A stretch of DNA of 64,000 bases from Patescibacteria group bacterium UBA2196 (GTDB lineage Bacteria > Patescibacteriota > Patescibacteriia > UBA2196), in contig DCVE01000013.1 of NCBI GenBank assembly GCA_002328025.1, forward strand, positions 42,579 to 106,578, written 5' to 3'. The translations under genes and the position numbers were made by a program. Position 1 is the stretch's first letter, and every line of letters starts with the position of its first letter. Shown one piece after another: positions 29,474 through 39,116 of the stretch. Below the pieces are notes generated by a model. The model was not told the origin of the DNA. It was given only the letters and a program-made list of their open reading frames with translations, and did no database searches.

Positions 29474-30757
29474 ATGAAAAAAAATACCATTGCTAAACTT
29501 TATGCGCGCGAGATTCTTGATTCACGTGGCAACCCAACCTTAGAAACAGAAGTAACTTTGGATTGTGGTTTAAAGGCCAAAGCCAGCGTACCAGCTGGCG
29601 CGTCAATTGGCGAACACGAAGCTGTTGAACTGCGCGATATGGATAAAAAAAGATATGGCGGTCAGGGTGTTTTAAAAGCCGTTGAAAATGTGAATAAAAA
29701 AATAGCCAAAAAAGTTTTTGGTTTGGAAATTTTAAAACAACAAGAAATTGATCGCGCCATGCTTAAACTGGATGGTACCAGTGGTAAAGCATATTTGGGT
29801 GCCAATGCTATTTTGTCAGTTTCTTTGGCATGTGCCAGGGCCGGGGCTTTGATGGAAAATTTAGAACTTTATGCTTATCTAAGAAAAATTTATCAACTAC
29901 CAACAACCAGTCGTCAGTTGCCGGTGCCAATGTTTAATATTTTTAATGGTGGTAAACATGCGGATACAAATTTGAATTTGCAGGAATTTATGATTGTGCC
30001 GTTTGGAATAAAAGGTTTGGGTGAGCAGGTGAGAGCTGGCGCCGAAATTTTTCATGCTTTGGGTGAGGTGTTACGCAGTAACTATTTTGATACTGATGTG
30101 GGCAATGAGGGCGGCTATGCGCCGAACCTAGATTCAACCGTGCAAGCGTTTGACATGATTATGGAAGCGATTGACAAAGCGGGTTATCACGCCGGCAATC
30201 AGGTGGGTTTGGCTTTGGATGTGGGTGCTTCAGAACTTTATGATCCGCAAAAAAGATTATATGTTTTTGACCTTGATGATCATTATTTTATTACTGATCA
30301 ATTAATTTCTTTGTACCGTGATTGGGCACATAAGTATCCAATTTTTTCCATTGAAGACGGATTGGCAGAAAACGATTGGGAGGGGTGGGAAGATTTAACC
30401 AATGAATTTAAACGTTTTAAACCCCTAGCTTCCAGACAAAAAATGTTTTTGGTGGGTGATGATCTTTTTACGACTAACTCGGAAAGATTAAAAGCTGGGA
30501 TAAAGCGCGGTGTGGGTAACGCGGTTATTTTAAAACCCAATCAAATTGGAACTTTGTCAGAGAGTGTGGAATTTGCTAAAATAGCTCAAGCTGCCGGTTA
30601 TACCATTGTGACTTCGCATCGCTCTGGCGAGACAACAGATGATTTTGTGGCTGATTTAGCGGTGGCTTTAAATTCTGATTTTGTAAAATTTGGTTCACTG
30701 GCACGTGGAGAAAGGGTGGTAAAATATAATCGTTTAATGGAGATAGAAAATAAATAG
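29474..30757 (+). CDS. eno: enolase
   Basis: AREILDSRGNPT N-term; SHRSGETTD motif. Confidence 0.9.
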   Translation: MKKNTIAKLYAREILDSRGNPTLETEVTLDCGLKAKASVPAGASIGEHEAVELRDMDKKRYGGQGVLKAVENVNKKIAKKVFGLEILKQQEIDRAMLKLDGTSGKAYLGANAILSVSLACARAGALMENLELYAYLRKIYQLPTTSRQLPVPMFNIFNGGKHADTNLNLQEFMIVPFGIKGLGEQVRAGAEIFHALGEVLRSNYFDTDVGNEGGYAPNLDSTVQAFDMIMEAIDKAGYHAGNQVGLALDVGASELYDPQKRLYVFDLDDHYFITDQLISLYRDWAHKYPIFSIEDGLAENDWEGWEDLTNEFKRFKPLASRQKMFLVGDDLFTTNSERLKAGIKRGVGNAVILKPNQIGTLSESVEFAKIAQAAGYTIVTSHRSGETTDDFVADLAVALNSDFVKFGSLARGERVVKYNRLMEIENK

Positions 30758-30764
30758 AGGATAT

Positions 30765-32384
30765 ATGTCGCATAAAAATTTAAAACAATTCAAACAAAGT
30801 CCGCTAGTGATGGTAATTTTAGATGGCTGGGGAATTAATAAGGCCTATAACGGGAATGCCATTACTGGGGCTAGTGTACCAGTATTTGATACACTCTGGA
30901 AAAATTATCCACACACGGAGTTGTGTGCCTCTGGCAGGTGTGTGGGCTTGCCAGCCATGCAGGATGGTAATTCAGAAGCTGGTCATTTTAATTTGGGTGC
31001 GGGTCGAATTGTTGATCAAGATACTCTGATGGTTTCTAAGGCTATTAGCAGTGGACTTTTTTTTAAAAATCCAGCCCTTAAAGCCAGTCTTAAACATTTA
31101 AAAAGAACTGGTGGTAGTTTGCATTTAATGGGATTGCTATCAGGTTGGCAATCGGCGCACGCGGATCCAGATCATCTTTTGGCATTGCTGACATTTTATC
31201 GCCAAGAAGGTGTAAAGGAAATTTTTTTACATCTTTTTACTGACGGTCGTGATTCTTATCGTTTTGGTGCGTTAGATTTTTTAAAAAAGATAAGAAAAGA
31301 AATGCGTGGTGGTGAAAAAATTGCTACAATTTGTGGTCGTTATTATGCCATGGATAGAAAAAAACAATGGGATCGTATAGAAAAGACATATCAGGCCATA
31401 GTTGCAGGTAAAGCTGTATATTATTCCAAAACAGCTGAAGAAGCCATTAAGCAGGCTTATGATCGTGGTGAGAGTGATGAATTTATTGTGCCAACCGTGA
31501 TGGTTACTGGTGGTAAATGTGATAGTAAGGGTGTGTGTACGGGTGGTAAACCAATTACGGAAATTAAAAACGGTGATGCTGTAGTTTTTTTTAACCTAAG
31601 ATCTGATCGCGCCAGAGAGCTAACTAAGACTTTTGTACAAGCGGATTTTAATAAGATGAATGTGGGGTCTTTTGTACGTACTCGGATTTTGAAAGATTTA
31701 TTGTTTGTTTCCATGACTGATTTTGGACCTGATTTAGACAGTATCTTAACTGCTTTTCCGTCGCAAAATTTAAAAAATACATTACCCATGGTTTTGGCTG
31801 ATATGCGACAACTGTATATTGCGGAAAATGAAAAATACGCCCATGTAACATATTTTTTTAATGGTGGTTATGCTGATCCACTGAATGGTGAAGATAGAAT
31901 AATGATTCCGTCGTTAGATGTATCATCATATGATTTACAACCAGAAATGTCAGCTTTGAAGATCACTGAAAAAGTTGTGAGTGATTTGAAAAATAATAAA
32001 TATGATTTTATTTTAGTTAATTTTGCCAATCCAGATATGGTGGGGCACACTGGTAATTTGGCTGCCGGTATTAAGGCTTGTGAAACAGTGGATACTTGTG
32101 TGGGTAAGATTTTAAAAATTTTGACAGAAAAAGAAGGTATTTTATTAGTGACGGCAGATCATGGTAATGTGGAAGAAATGATTGATGAAAAAACAGGCAA
32201 GATAGACACCCAGCATTCTTCTTTCCCTGTACCGTTTATTATTGCTGACAAAAGAATAAAAAATATAAAAAATTATAAGTTAAAAAATAAAGGTATTTTG
32301 GCCAATGTGGCGCCGACAATTTTAGATTTATTGGGTAAAACGAAACCCAGAGAGATGACAGAAACCTCACTTATAGTTCATTAA
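30765..32384 (+). CDS. gpmI: 2,3-bisphosphoglycerate-independent phosphoglycerate mutase (copy 1)
   Basis: MVILDGWG...GNSEAGH (catalytic Ser); ADHGN C-terminal metal site. Confidence 0.85.
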   Translation: MSHKNLKQFKQSPLVMVILDGWGINKAYNGNAITGASVPVFDTLWKNYPHTELCASGRCVGLPAMQDGNSEAGHFNLGAGRIVDQDTLMVSKAISSGLFFKNPALKASLKHLKRTGGSLHLMGLLSGWQSAHADPDHLLALLTFYRQEGVKEIFLHLFTDGRDSYRFGALDFLKKIRKEMRGGEKIATICGRYYAMDRKKQWDRIEKTYQAIVAGKAVYYSKTAEEAIKQAYDRGESDEFIVPTVMVTGGKCDSKGVCTGGKPITEIKNGDAVVFFNLRSDRARELTKTFVQADFNKMNVGSFVRTRILKDLLFVSMTDFGPDLDSILTAFPSQNLKNTLPMVLADMRQLYIAENEKYAHVTYFFNGGYADPLNGEDRIMIPSLDVSSYDLQPEMSALKITEKVVSDLKNNKYDFILVNFANPDMVGHTGNLAAGIKACETVDTCVGKILKILTEKEGILLVTADHGNVEEMIDEKTGKIDTQHSSFPVPFIIADKRIKNIKNYKLKNKGILANVAPTILDLLGKTKPREMTETSLIVH

Positions 32385-32395
32385 TTTTAATTTTT

Positions 32396-33994
32396 ATGCA
32401 TGTAGATAATAATTTAAAAGATACAAGACCCAAACCGGTGATGCTTGTAATTTTGGATGGTTGGGGTGTGGCGCCAGCTTTAATTAGTAATGCTATTACG
32501 CAGGCTAAAACACCCAATTTTAATAAATACGTGCAACAGTATTTTAGTACGACCTTGCAAGCTTCAGGTGAAGCGGTGGGTTTGCCGTTTGGTGAAATGG
32601 GTAATTCCGAGGTCGGTCATTTAAATATTGGTGCTGGCAAAATTGTATTTCAAGAATTACCACGCATAAATAAAGCTATTTTGGAAGGCAAATTTTTTGA
32701 AAATTCAATTTTAATTAAAGCTTGTTTAGCCGCTAAAAAAAATAAAAGTACTTTGCATATAGTTGGTTTAATCTCAACTGGTGGGGTGCATGCTTCAGTA
32801 GATCATCTTTATGCGTTGTTGGAGCTTGCTAAAAAACAACAGCTAAAAAATGTTTTTGTACATGCTATTTTGGATGGACGTGATATGGGTTATAATTCTG
32901 GTTTAGATTTATTGCGTCAGGTGAAAAAAAAAATGCAGGAGATTGGCGTAGGTAAAATTGCCACAGTGTGCGGTCGTTTTTGGGCCATGGATCGTGATAA
33001 CCATTGGGAACGTATAAGTGAAGCCTACCAGGCCATGGTTTATGGAATGGCAGAATTTAAGGGCGAGGATATCTTTGAAATTATACAAACAGCATATGAA
33101 GGTGGGGTTTATGATGAAGAATTAAAACCAATAGTGTGTTTGGACACAATTGCTCAACCTTTGGCCACAATTAAAGATAAAGATGCGGTGATATTTTTTA
33201 ATTTTCGTGCTGATCGTGCTAGAGAATTGACGCGTGCTTTTGTGTTGCCGGGTTTTGAAAAATTTAGGCGTGTGGAGTATCTAGCCAATTTATATTTTGT
33301 GACCATGACACAATATGAAAAACAATTACCTGTGGATGTGGCTTTTCCACCCGAGCATATTACTATGCCGCTGGCAAAAGTTTTAAGTGGACAGGGTTTG
33401 AAACAGTTACACATAGCCGAGACTGAAAAATACGCGCACGTAACATGTTTTTTTAACGGCGGCTTAGAAGAGACGTTGCCGGGTGAATATAGAATTTTAG
33501 TTCCATCACCGCGAGTGGAAAGTTATGCTGAAAAACCAGAAATGTCCGCTGGCGAAATAAAAAACAATTTAATTAAGGAAATCGCTAACAATAAGTTTGA
33601 TTTTATAGTTGTTAATTTTGCCAATCCGGATATGGTCAGTCATACAGGTGATCAAAAAGCTACTGTCAAAGCTTTGGAAAAAGTTGATAAATGTGTGGGT
33701 GAAATTGTGGAGGCGGTTTTAGCTTATGGCGGCGTGACTTTAATAACCGCAGACCATGGTAACGCCGAGTGTTTGGTGAATGATAAAACTGGTGAAATTA
33801 ATAAAGAACACTCTACCGCCCCAGTGCCTTTTTTAATTGTTGGGCAGGCCTTCAAAAGTCAATATATTGGTGAAGAAACAGTGGATTTGACATTACTAAC
33901 ACCTTCAGGGGTGTTGGCCGATATCGCGCCGACCATTTTAAAAATTATGCAAATTGAACAACCTAAAGAAATGACCGGTAGAAGTTTAATTTAG
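32396..33994 (+). CDS. gpmI: 2,3-bisphosphoglycerate-independent phosphoglycerate mutase (copy 2, tandem paralog)
   Basis: LVILDGWG...GNSEVGH; ADHGN; clearly homologous to copy 1 but divergent. Confidence 0.85.
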   Translation: MHVDNNLKDTRPKPVMLVILDGWGVAPALISNAITQAKTPNFNKYVQQYFSTTLQASGEAVGLPFGEMGNSEVGHLNIGAGKIVFQELPRINKAILEGKFFENSILIKACLAAKKNKSTLHIVGLISTGGVHASVDHLYALLELAKKQQLKNVFVHAILDGRDMGYNSGLDLLRQVKKKMQEIGVGKIATVCGRFWAMDRDNHWERISEAYQAMVYGMAEFKGEDIFEIIQTAYEGGVYDEELKPIVCLDTIAQPLATIKDKDAVIFFNFRADRARELTRAFVLPGFEKFRRVEYLANLYFVTMTQYEKQLPVDVAFPPEHITMPLAKVLSGQGLKQLHIAETEKYAHVTCFFNGGLEETLPGEYRILVPSPRVESYAEKPEMSAGEIKNNLIKEIANNKFDFIVVNFANPDMVSHTGDQKATVKALEKVDKCVGEIVEAVLAYGGVTLITADHGNAECLVNDKTGEINKEHSTAPVPFLIVGQAFKSQYIGEETVDLTLLTPSGVLADIAPTILKIMQIEQPKEMTGRSLI

Positions 33995-34011
33995 AATTTA
34001 AATTATTTGAT

Positions 34012-34872
34012 ATGCCCGAACTACCAGAGGTGGAAACAATAAAATTAGATCTGTACAAGCTGATTGTTAATAGAAAAATTGTGGCAGTCGAAGTCAGTTT
34101 GCTCAAACAGATAAAAAATCCTTTGAAGTATTTTTTAAAAAATATTGTTGGTGTCAAAATTAAACAAATCAAACGGCGAGCTAAAAATTTATTTTTGGAG
34201 TTGGATAATGGGTATTTTTTGGTTTTTCACCTTAAAATGACTGGTCAATTAATTTATCGTTCAAAAAAAGGTTGGCTGGCTGGTGGCGGGCATTCCATTA
34301 GACAAGATTTAAAAAAATTGCCGAATAAATATTCACATGTTATATTTACTTTTGAAAATGGTGCTAGGTTGTTTTTTAACGACATGCGCCAGTTTGGGTG
34401 GGTAAAATTAGTTGATAAAAAAGAATTGGAACAAATGTTTAAAAAAATAGGTCCTGAGCCATTGGACAAGGGTTTAACAGCTGATAAATTTATGGCATTG
34501 CTGGTTAAGAAAAAAACAGCCATAAAATCGTTGTTAATGGAGCAGGACTTTGTGGCTGGGGTTGGTAATATCTATGCCTCAGAAGCCTGCTTTTGTGCTG
34601 GCATTGCACCAATCCGACAGGCAAATTCTTTAAGCCCCAGCGAAGCAAAAAAATTATTATTATGTTTAAAGAAGATTCTAAGGTTGGCTATTGAAAAAAA
34701 GGGCACTTCGGTGGTTGACTATGTGGATGCTTTTGGTGAACGGGGGCAGATGTCAAGGTTTTTAAAAGTTTATGGTCGTGTTAGTCAGCCATGTCTTAAA
34801 TGTGGTATACCTTTAAAAATCATGAGGCAGGCTCAACGCACAACAGTGTTTTGCTCTCATTGTCAAAAATAA
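34012..34872 (+). CDS. mutM: formamidopyrimidine-DNA glycosylase
   Basis: MPELPEVET N-terminal catalytic Pro; C-terminal CxxC...CxxC zinc finger. Confidence 0.85.
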   Translation: MPELPEVETIKLDLYKLIVNRKIVAVEVSLLKQIKNPLKYFLKNIVGVKIKQIKRRAKNLFLELDNGYFLVFHLKMTGQLIYRSKKGWLAGGGHSIRQDLKKLPNKYSHVIFTFENGARLFFNDMRQFGWVKLVDKKELEQMFKKIGPEPLDKGLTADKFMALLVKKKTAIKSLLMEQDFVAGVGNIYASEACFCAGIAPIRQANSLSPSEAKKLLLCLKKILRLAIEKKGTSVVDYVDAFGERGQMSRFLKVYGRVSQPCLKCGIPLKIMRQAQRTTVFCSHCQK

Positions 34873-34890
34873 TTTTTTATTGTTTAATTT

Positions 34891-35442
34891 ATGTGGTTTT
34901 TAGGTTTTGATTATAAAATTTTTACGGTCATTAATTCTTTAGCTGGTAAATATCACTGGCTGGATTTAGTCGCCATTATTTGTGCCAAGTATTTAGTTTT
35001 TGTAATTTTTGGCGCGGCACTGGGTTGGTGGATTAGTTTGCATAAATCTAAGGCGACTTCTGCTTGGCCAGTTCAAGGTAAAAAGAAATGGTTGGCTTTG
35101 GGTCATTTGGGCTTGACCGCGGTGGGTGTTTATTTAATAAATAATTTAATAGCCTTAATTCATTTTCGCGAGCGACCTTTTTTACACGAAGGTGTCAAAC
35201 AGATGGTTAATCCAATGTCAGAGAAATCTTTTCCCTCTGATCATGCAGCAGCTTCTTTTGCTGTGGCCGCAGTGATATTTTTTTATAATAAAGCTTTGGG
35301 CGGTTTTTTATTTGTTTTGGCAATTTTGGTAGGCTTAGGTAGAATTTATACCGGTGTGCATTACCCCTTGGATGTTTTGGGTGGAGCGGTGGTGGGTATT
35401 TTAGCCGCTGTTATTATTAAGATGGTTTTGAAGAGAAAATAA
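34891..35442 (+). CDS. PAP2 family phosphatase (undecaprenyl-diphosphatase-like)
   Basis: PAP2 motifs SFPSDHAAASFA and GVHYPLDVLGG. Confidence 0.75.
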   Translation: MWFLGFDYKIFTVINSLAGKYHWLDLVAIICAKYLVFVIFGAALGWWISLHKSKATSAWPVQGKKKWLALGHLGLTAVGVYLINNLIALIHFRERPFLHEGVKQMVNPMSEKSFPSDHAAASFAVAAVIFFYNKALGGFLFVLAILVGLGRIYTGVHYPLDVLGGAVVGILAAVIIKMVLKRK

Positions 35443-35461
35443 AAATTAAATTTTTTTCAAC

Positions 35462-35493
35462 AAAAACAGATTTAGGGTCTGTTTTTGTTTTTT
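35462..35493 (+). terminator. intrinsic terminator
   Basis: AAACAGA-TTTAGGG-TCTGTTT followed by T-run. Confidence 0.5.
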
Positions 35494-35494
35494 T

Positions 35495-35580
35495 GGTGGA
35501 TAAGTGGTGGTTGTTGATTGGGTAAAATTGGTATATAATAGTAGTAGAGTGGTGCAAAGTGGGATAAAGTGGATAACTAT
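35495..35580 (+). promoter_or_regulatory. mraZ promoter with phased GTGG direct repeats (putative MraZ operator)
   Basis: TTGTTG-17-TATAAT (35511-35539); GTGG at 35549, 35559, 35569 (exact 10-bp phasing) plus 35496 and 35504. Confidence 0.5.
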
Positions 35581-35593
35581 TAAATTCTAAATT

Positions 35594-36025
35594 ATGTTTA
35601 TTGGCGAGTACCAACATAATCTCGACGATAAAAATCGTCTAGCCATACCCGCCAAATTTCGGTTGAGTTTAAAGCAGGGTGCATATGTAACCAGAGGATT
35701 TGATAATTGTCTATTTTTATTAACAACCAAAGAGTGGCAAAAATTGGTGGACAAATTGGCAGCTTTACCAATTGGTAAAGCCGAGGCCAGAGGTTTTTCA
35801 CGTATTATGTTGGCAGGTGCCATGGATGTTAAACCAGACAACTTGGGACGGATTTTAATTCCGGATTATTTAAAAAAATATGCGGGCATTGATAAGAAAG
35901 TAATAGTGGCGGGATTAAACAGTCGTTTAGAAATTTGGGATGAAAATAAGTGGCAGACCTATAAAACACAGATTGAAAAACAGGCTGATAAATTGGCTGA
36001 GACGATGGGGGAGATGGGAATTTAA
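35594..36025 (+). CDS. mraZ: transcriptional regulator MraZ
   Basis: MFIGEYQHNLDDKNRLAIPAKFR; two DxxxR repeats. Confidence 0.9.
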   Translation: MFIGEYQHNLDDKNRLAIPAKFRLSLKQGAYVTRGFDNCLFLLTTKEWQKLVDKLAALPIGKAEARGFSRIMLAGAMDVKPDNLGRILIPDYLKKYAGIDKKVIVAGLNSRLEIWDENKWQTYKTQIEKQADKLAETMGEMGI

Positions 36026-36054
36026 TATTATTAATTTTAAAAAAGCAAGGCACA

Positions 36055-36939
36055 ATGTCAGTTCATATTCCAGTTTTAGTTAAAGAAGTTTTGGAATACT
36101 TAAATCCGCAAGCGGGGCAAAAATTTATTGATGCTACTTTGGGTGGTGGCGGACATACACAGGAAATTTTGCAACGGATTGGAGCAAATGGAAAAATATT
36201 AGCCTTGGATGCTGACTGTGGAGCGGTTGAAAAAGGTATAAAATTATTTTCTGGTAAGAATTTAAGTATAGTCAATGCTAATTTTGGAAATCTAAAAGAA
36301 GTAGCTGAAAAATATGGTTTTTTGCAGGTGGATGGAATTTTGGCCGATTTGGGATTATCTTCAGATCAGCTGGAAAATTCAGGTCGTGGTTTTACTTTTC
36401 AAAAAGATGAACCGTTGGATATGCGTTTTGACACAGGATTGGAGATCAGCGCGGCTGATATTCTCAATTTTTATAGTCAGGATGAATTAAAGATTATTTT
36501 TGAAAATTATGGCGAATATCGTTTGGCAGGTCAGCTAGCCGTTCAGATTAGAAAAATTAGAAAGAAAAAGCCCTTTAAAACAACGTTTGATTTAGTGGAA
36601 GCGGTTCGTCAGGTACAGACTTATCAAGGACGTGGCAGGATTCATCCAGCTACGTTGGTATTTCAAGCTTTGCGGGTAGCGGTTAATCAAGAATTGGAAG
36701 TTTTGGCCAATTTTTTGCCGCAAGCCATTGATTTGTTGGTATCTGGCGGTCGTTTGGCAGTCATAGCTTTTCAGGGCGCGGAAGACAGGATGGTGAAAGT
36801 TTTTTTTCGGACTAATGCAAGAAAAGAAAATCCAAATTTAAAAATTTTAACTAAAAAGCCAATTATGCCGACCTTTGATGAAATAAAAAATAATCTTCGT
36901 GGTCGCAGTGCAAAGCTACGTGTGGTGGAGAAAATATAA
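36055..36939 (+). CDS. rsmH: 16S rRNA (cytosine1402-N4)-methyltransferase
   Basis: DATLGGGGH SAM motif; dcw position after mraZ. Confidence 0.9.
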   Translation: MSVHIPVLVKEVLEYLNPQAGQKFIDATLGGGGHTQEILQRIGANGKILALDADCGAVEKGIKLFSGKNLSIVNANFGNLKEVAEKYGFLQVDGILADLGLSSDQLENSGRGFTFQKDEPLDMRFDTGLEISAADILNFYSQDELKIIFENYGEYRLAGQLAVQIRKIRKKKPFKTTFDLVEAVRQVQTYQGRGRIHPATLVFQALRVAVNQELEVLANFLPQAIDLLVSGGRLAVIAFQGAEDRMVKVFFRTNARKENPNLKILTKKPIMPTFDEIKNNLRGRSAKLRVVEKI

Positions 36940-36969
36940 TTTTAATATTACAAAATAAAAATAAAAATT

Positions 36970-37341
36970 ATGTCTAAATATTTCTCTTTGTGTGCCAGAC
37001 GGGAAAAAAATATTAAAACCAAGCAAACCACGAAAGATAGAACCAAGAGAGTGGTTAATCTTTTTAATGTGGGGCGTGTTTTTTTGGTAATTTCTATTGT
37101 TGGTTTGGCGGGATTGTATGTTTTTTCAGTCAATAATGATTCGGCTAAGGGTTTTGAATTATCACGTTTGGAAAACCAACAAAAGATTTTGATGGAACAA
37201 AATAAACAAATGGAAGACAAGTTACAACAATCAAAATCATTAGTCAAGGTACAAGAGAAGGTGAGTGTTTTAAATATGGTGAATGTCGAGGCAATTGAAT
37301 ATTTACAATTGGACAATAATACCGTTGCTTTAGCCAAATAA
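36970..37341 (+). CDS. ftsL: FtsL-like cell division protein (TM plus coiled coil)
   Basis: single TM and coiled-coil between rsmH and ftsI. Confidence 0.5.
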   Translation: MSKYFSLCARREKNIKTKQTTKDRTKRVVNLFNVGRVFLVISIVGLAGLYVFSVNNDSAKGFELSRLENQQKILMEQNKQMEDKLQQSKSLVKVQEKVSVLNMVNVEAIEYLQLDNNTVALAK

Positions 37342-37352
37342 TTTATAATGTC

Positions 37353-39101
37353 ATGACACGGTTTCGCGGTTCGACAAAAAACAACGAAGAGCGTGCGGGG
37401 AGCACTGCCAGAATAAAATTCATAGCCGTGCTCTTTTTAGTTTTAGCGGCTGTTTTTTTGGCTCGACTTTTTTATTTACAAGTTTTTAAACATAATGTAT
37501 ATAAAAAACTGGCCACAGCCCAACATGAAAACACACAAAAACTTTTGCCGGCCCGTGGCATGATTTATGCCACTGATAAGGATGGACGTGATTTTTGTAT
37601 TGCTGATAATCAGGATTTGTATTTATTGTTTGCAGTGCCAGTTGAAATTGAAAATGCCAGTGAGACAGTGGACAAAATTATTACGGTTTTAAGCCTTGAG
37701 CAAAAAGAAAAAGATAAAATTTTAGCTCAATTAAAAAAAAATAACGATCCTTATGAACCATTAAAACACTATTTAAATGAAGAAGAAAAAGATAAACTGA
37801 AAGATTTAAATATTACGGGTTTGGGTTTTTCACGAGAGACCAAGAGATATTATCCAGAGGGAGATGTGTTTGCCCATCTGAATGGTTTTGTCGGTTTTAG
37901 TGAAGACAAAACAGTTGGACAGTATGGTCTAGAGGAATATTTTGAATCCGAACTAAAGGGCAAAAATGGGATTTTAAAATCAGAGACCGACCCAGCTGGA
38001 CGTTTAATTGCTGTGGGTGAATATGATATGACACCAGCGGAAGATGGAGCAAACCTATATCTTAATATTGATCTGGCGATGCAATTTAAAGCTTGTGAAA
38101 CTTTAAAAAAAGCTGTAAAAAATTATGAAGCACAGGGTGGAGTAGTAATTATTCAAAATCCCAATGATGGTGCTATTTTGGCTTTGTGTGTGGAGCCAAG
38201 CTTTGATCCAAATAATTATGGTCAGGTTAAAAATGTTAATTTTTTTATCAACCAAGCCGTTAGTTCTTTATATGAACCGGGTTCAATTTTTAAACCAATT
38301 ACCATGGCAGCAGCTTTGGATACTTTAAGCGTGGAGCCTGATACGACCTATGAAGACAAGGGGTTTTTAATATATGGTAAAGATAAAATTACCAACGCCA
38401 TGGATAAAAAATACGGGGTGGTTAATATGACACAGGTTTTGGAAAATTCAATAAACACTGGTGCGGTTTTTGTGGCAATTGCGGCAGGTCGAGAAAATAT
38501 GAAAAAATATGTCAGTGATTTTGGTTTTGGCACACACTTAGGAATTGATTTACCCAGAGAAGCTAAGGGCGACATAAGTTCATTAGATAGAAAAAGCGAG
38601 ATATATTTGGCCACTGCATCTTTTGGACAAGGTGTTGCAGTGACACCGCTACAAATGGTAAATGCTTTTTCTGCTATTGCTAATGGTGGTATGTTGTATA
38701 AACCATGGGTGGTAAAAAAAATAGTTAAGGTTAATGGGGAAATTGAGGAATTCAAAGCCCAACAGATTCGGCGGGTTATTAGTTCAAAAAGCGCCAATGT
38801 GTTAAGGGCTATGCTAGTTTCAGTGGTTAAAAACAGTCATTCGGGCGTGGCAAAAATTCCAGGCTATTTTGTAGCTGGTAAGACTGGTACGGCACAAATT
38901 CCGGCCAAAAGTGGGGGGTATTTAAATGCTTATAACCATTCTTTTGTGGGTTTTGCTCCGGCCACTAAGCCCAGATTTACGTTGTTTGTTAAAATTACTA
39001 ATCCGGCTAAGGGCGCCTTTGCTGAATCCACAGCCGGGCCGGTGTTTGCGGAAGTTATGAGATATCTGTTAAACTATTATCAAGTTCCAACTGATGAATA
39101 A
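37353..39101 (+). CDS. ftsI: penicillin-binding protein (FtsI/PBP2-type transpeptidase)
   Basis: SIFK (SxxK), SIN (SxN), KTGT motifs; N-terminal TM. Confidence 0.85.
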   Translation: MTRFRGSTKNNEERAGSTARIKFIAVLFLVLAAVFLARLFYLQVFKHNVYKKLATAQHENTQKLLPARGMIYATDKDGRDFCIADNQDLYLLFAVPVEIENASETVDKIITVLSLEQKEKDKILAQLKKNNDPYEPLKHYLNEEEKDKLKDLNITGLGFSRETKRYYPEGDVFAHLNGFVGFSEDKTVGQYGLEEYFESELKGKNGILKSETDPAGRLIAVGEYDMTPAEDGANLYLNIDLAMQFKACETLKKAVKNYEAQGGVVIIQNPNDGAILALCVEPSFDPNNYGQVKNVNFFINQAVSSLYEPGSIFKPITMAAALDTLSVEPDTTYEDKGFLIYGKDKITNAMDKKYGVVNMTQVLENSINTGAVFVAIAAGRENMKKYVSDFGFGTHLGIDLPREAKGDISSLDRKSEIYLATASFGQGVAVTPLQMVNAFSAIANGGMLYKPWVVKKIVKVNGEIEEFKAQQIRRVISSKSANVLRAMLVSVVKNSHSGVAKIPGYFVAGKTGTAQIPAKSGGYLNAYNHSFVGFAPATKPRFTLFVKITNPAKGAFAESTAGPVFAEVMRYLLNYYQVPTDE

Positions 39102-39116
39102 AAATAATTTTAAAAT

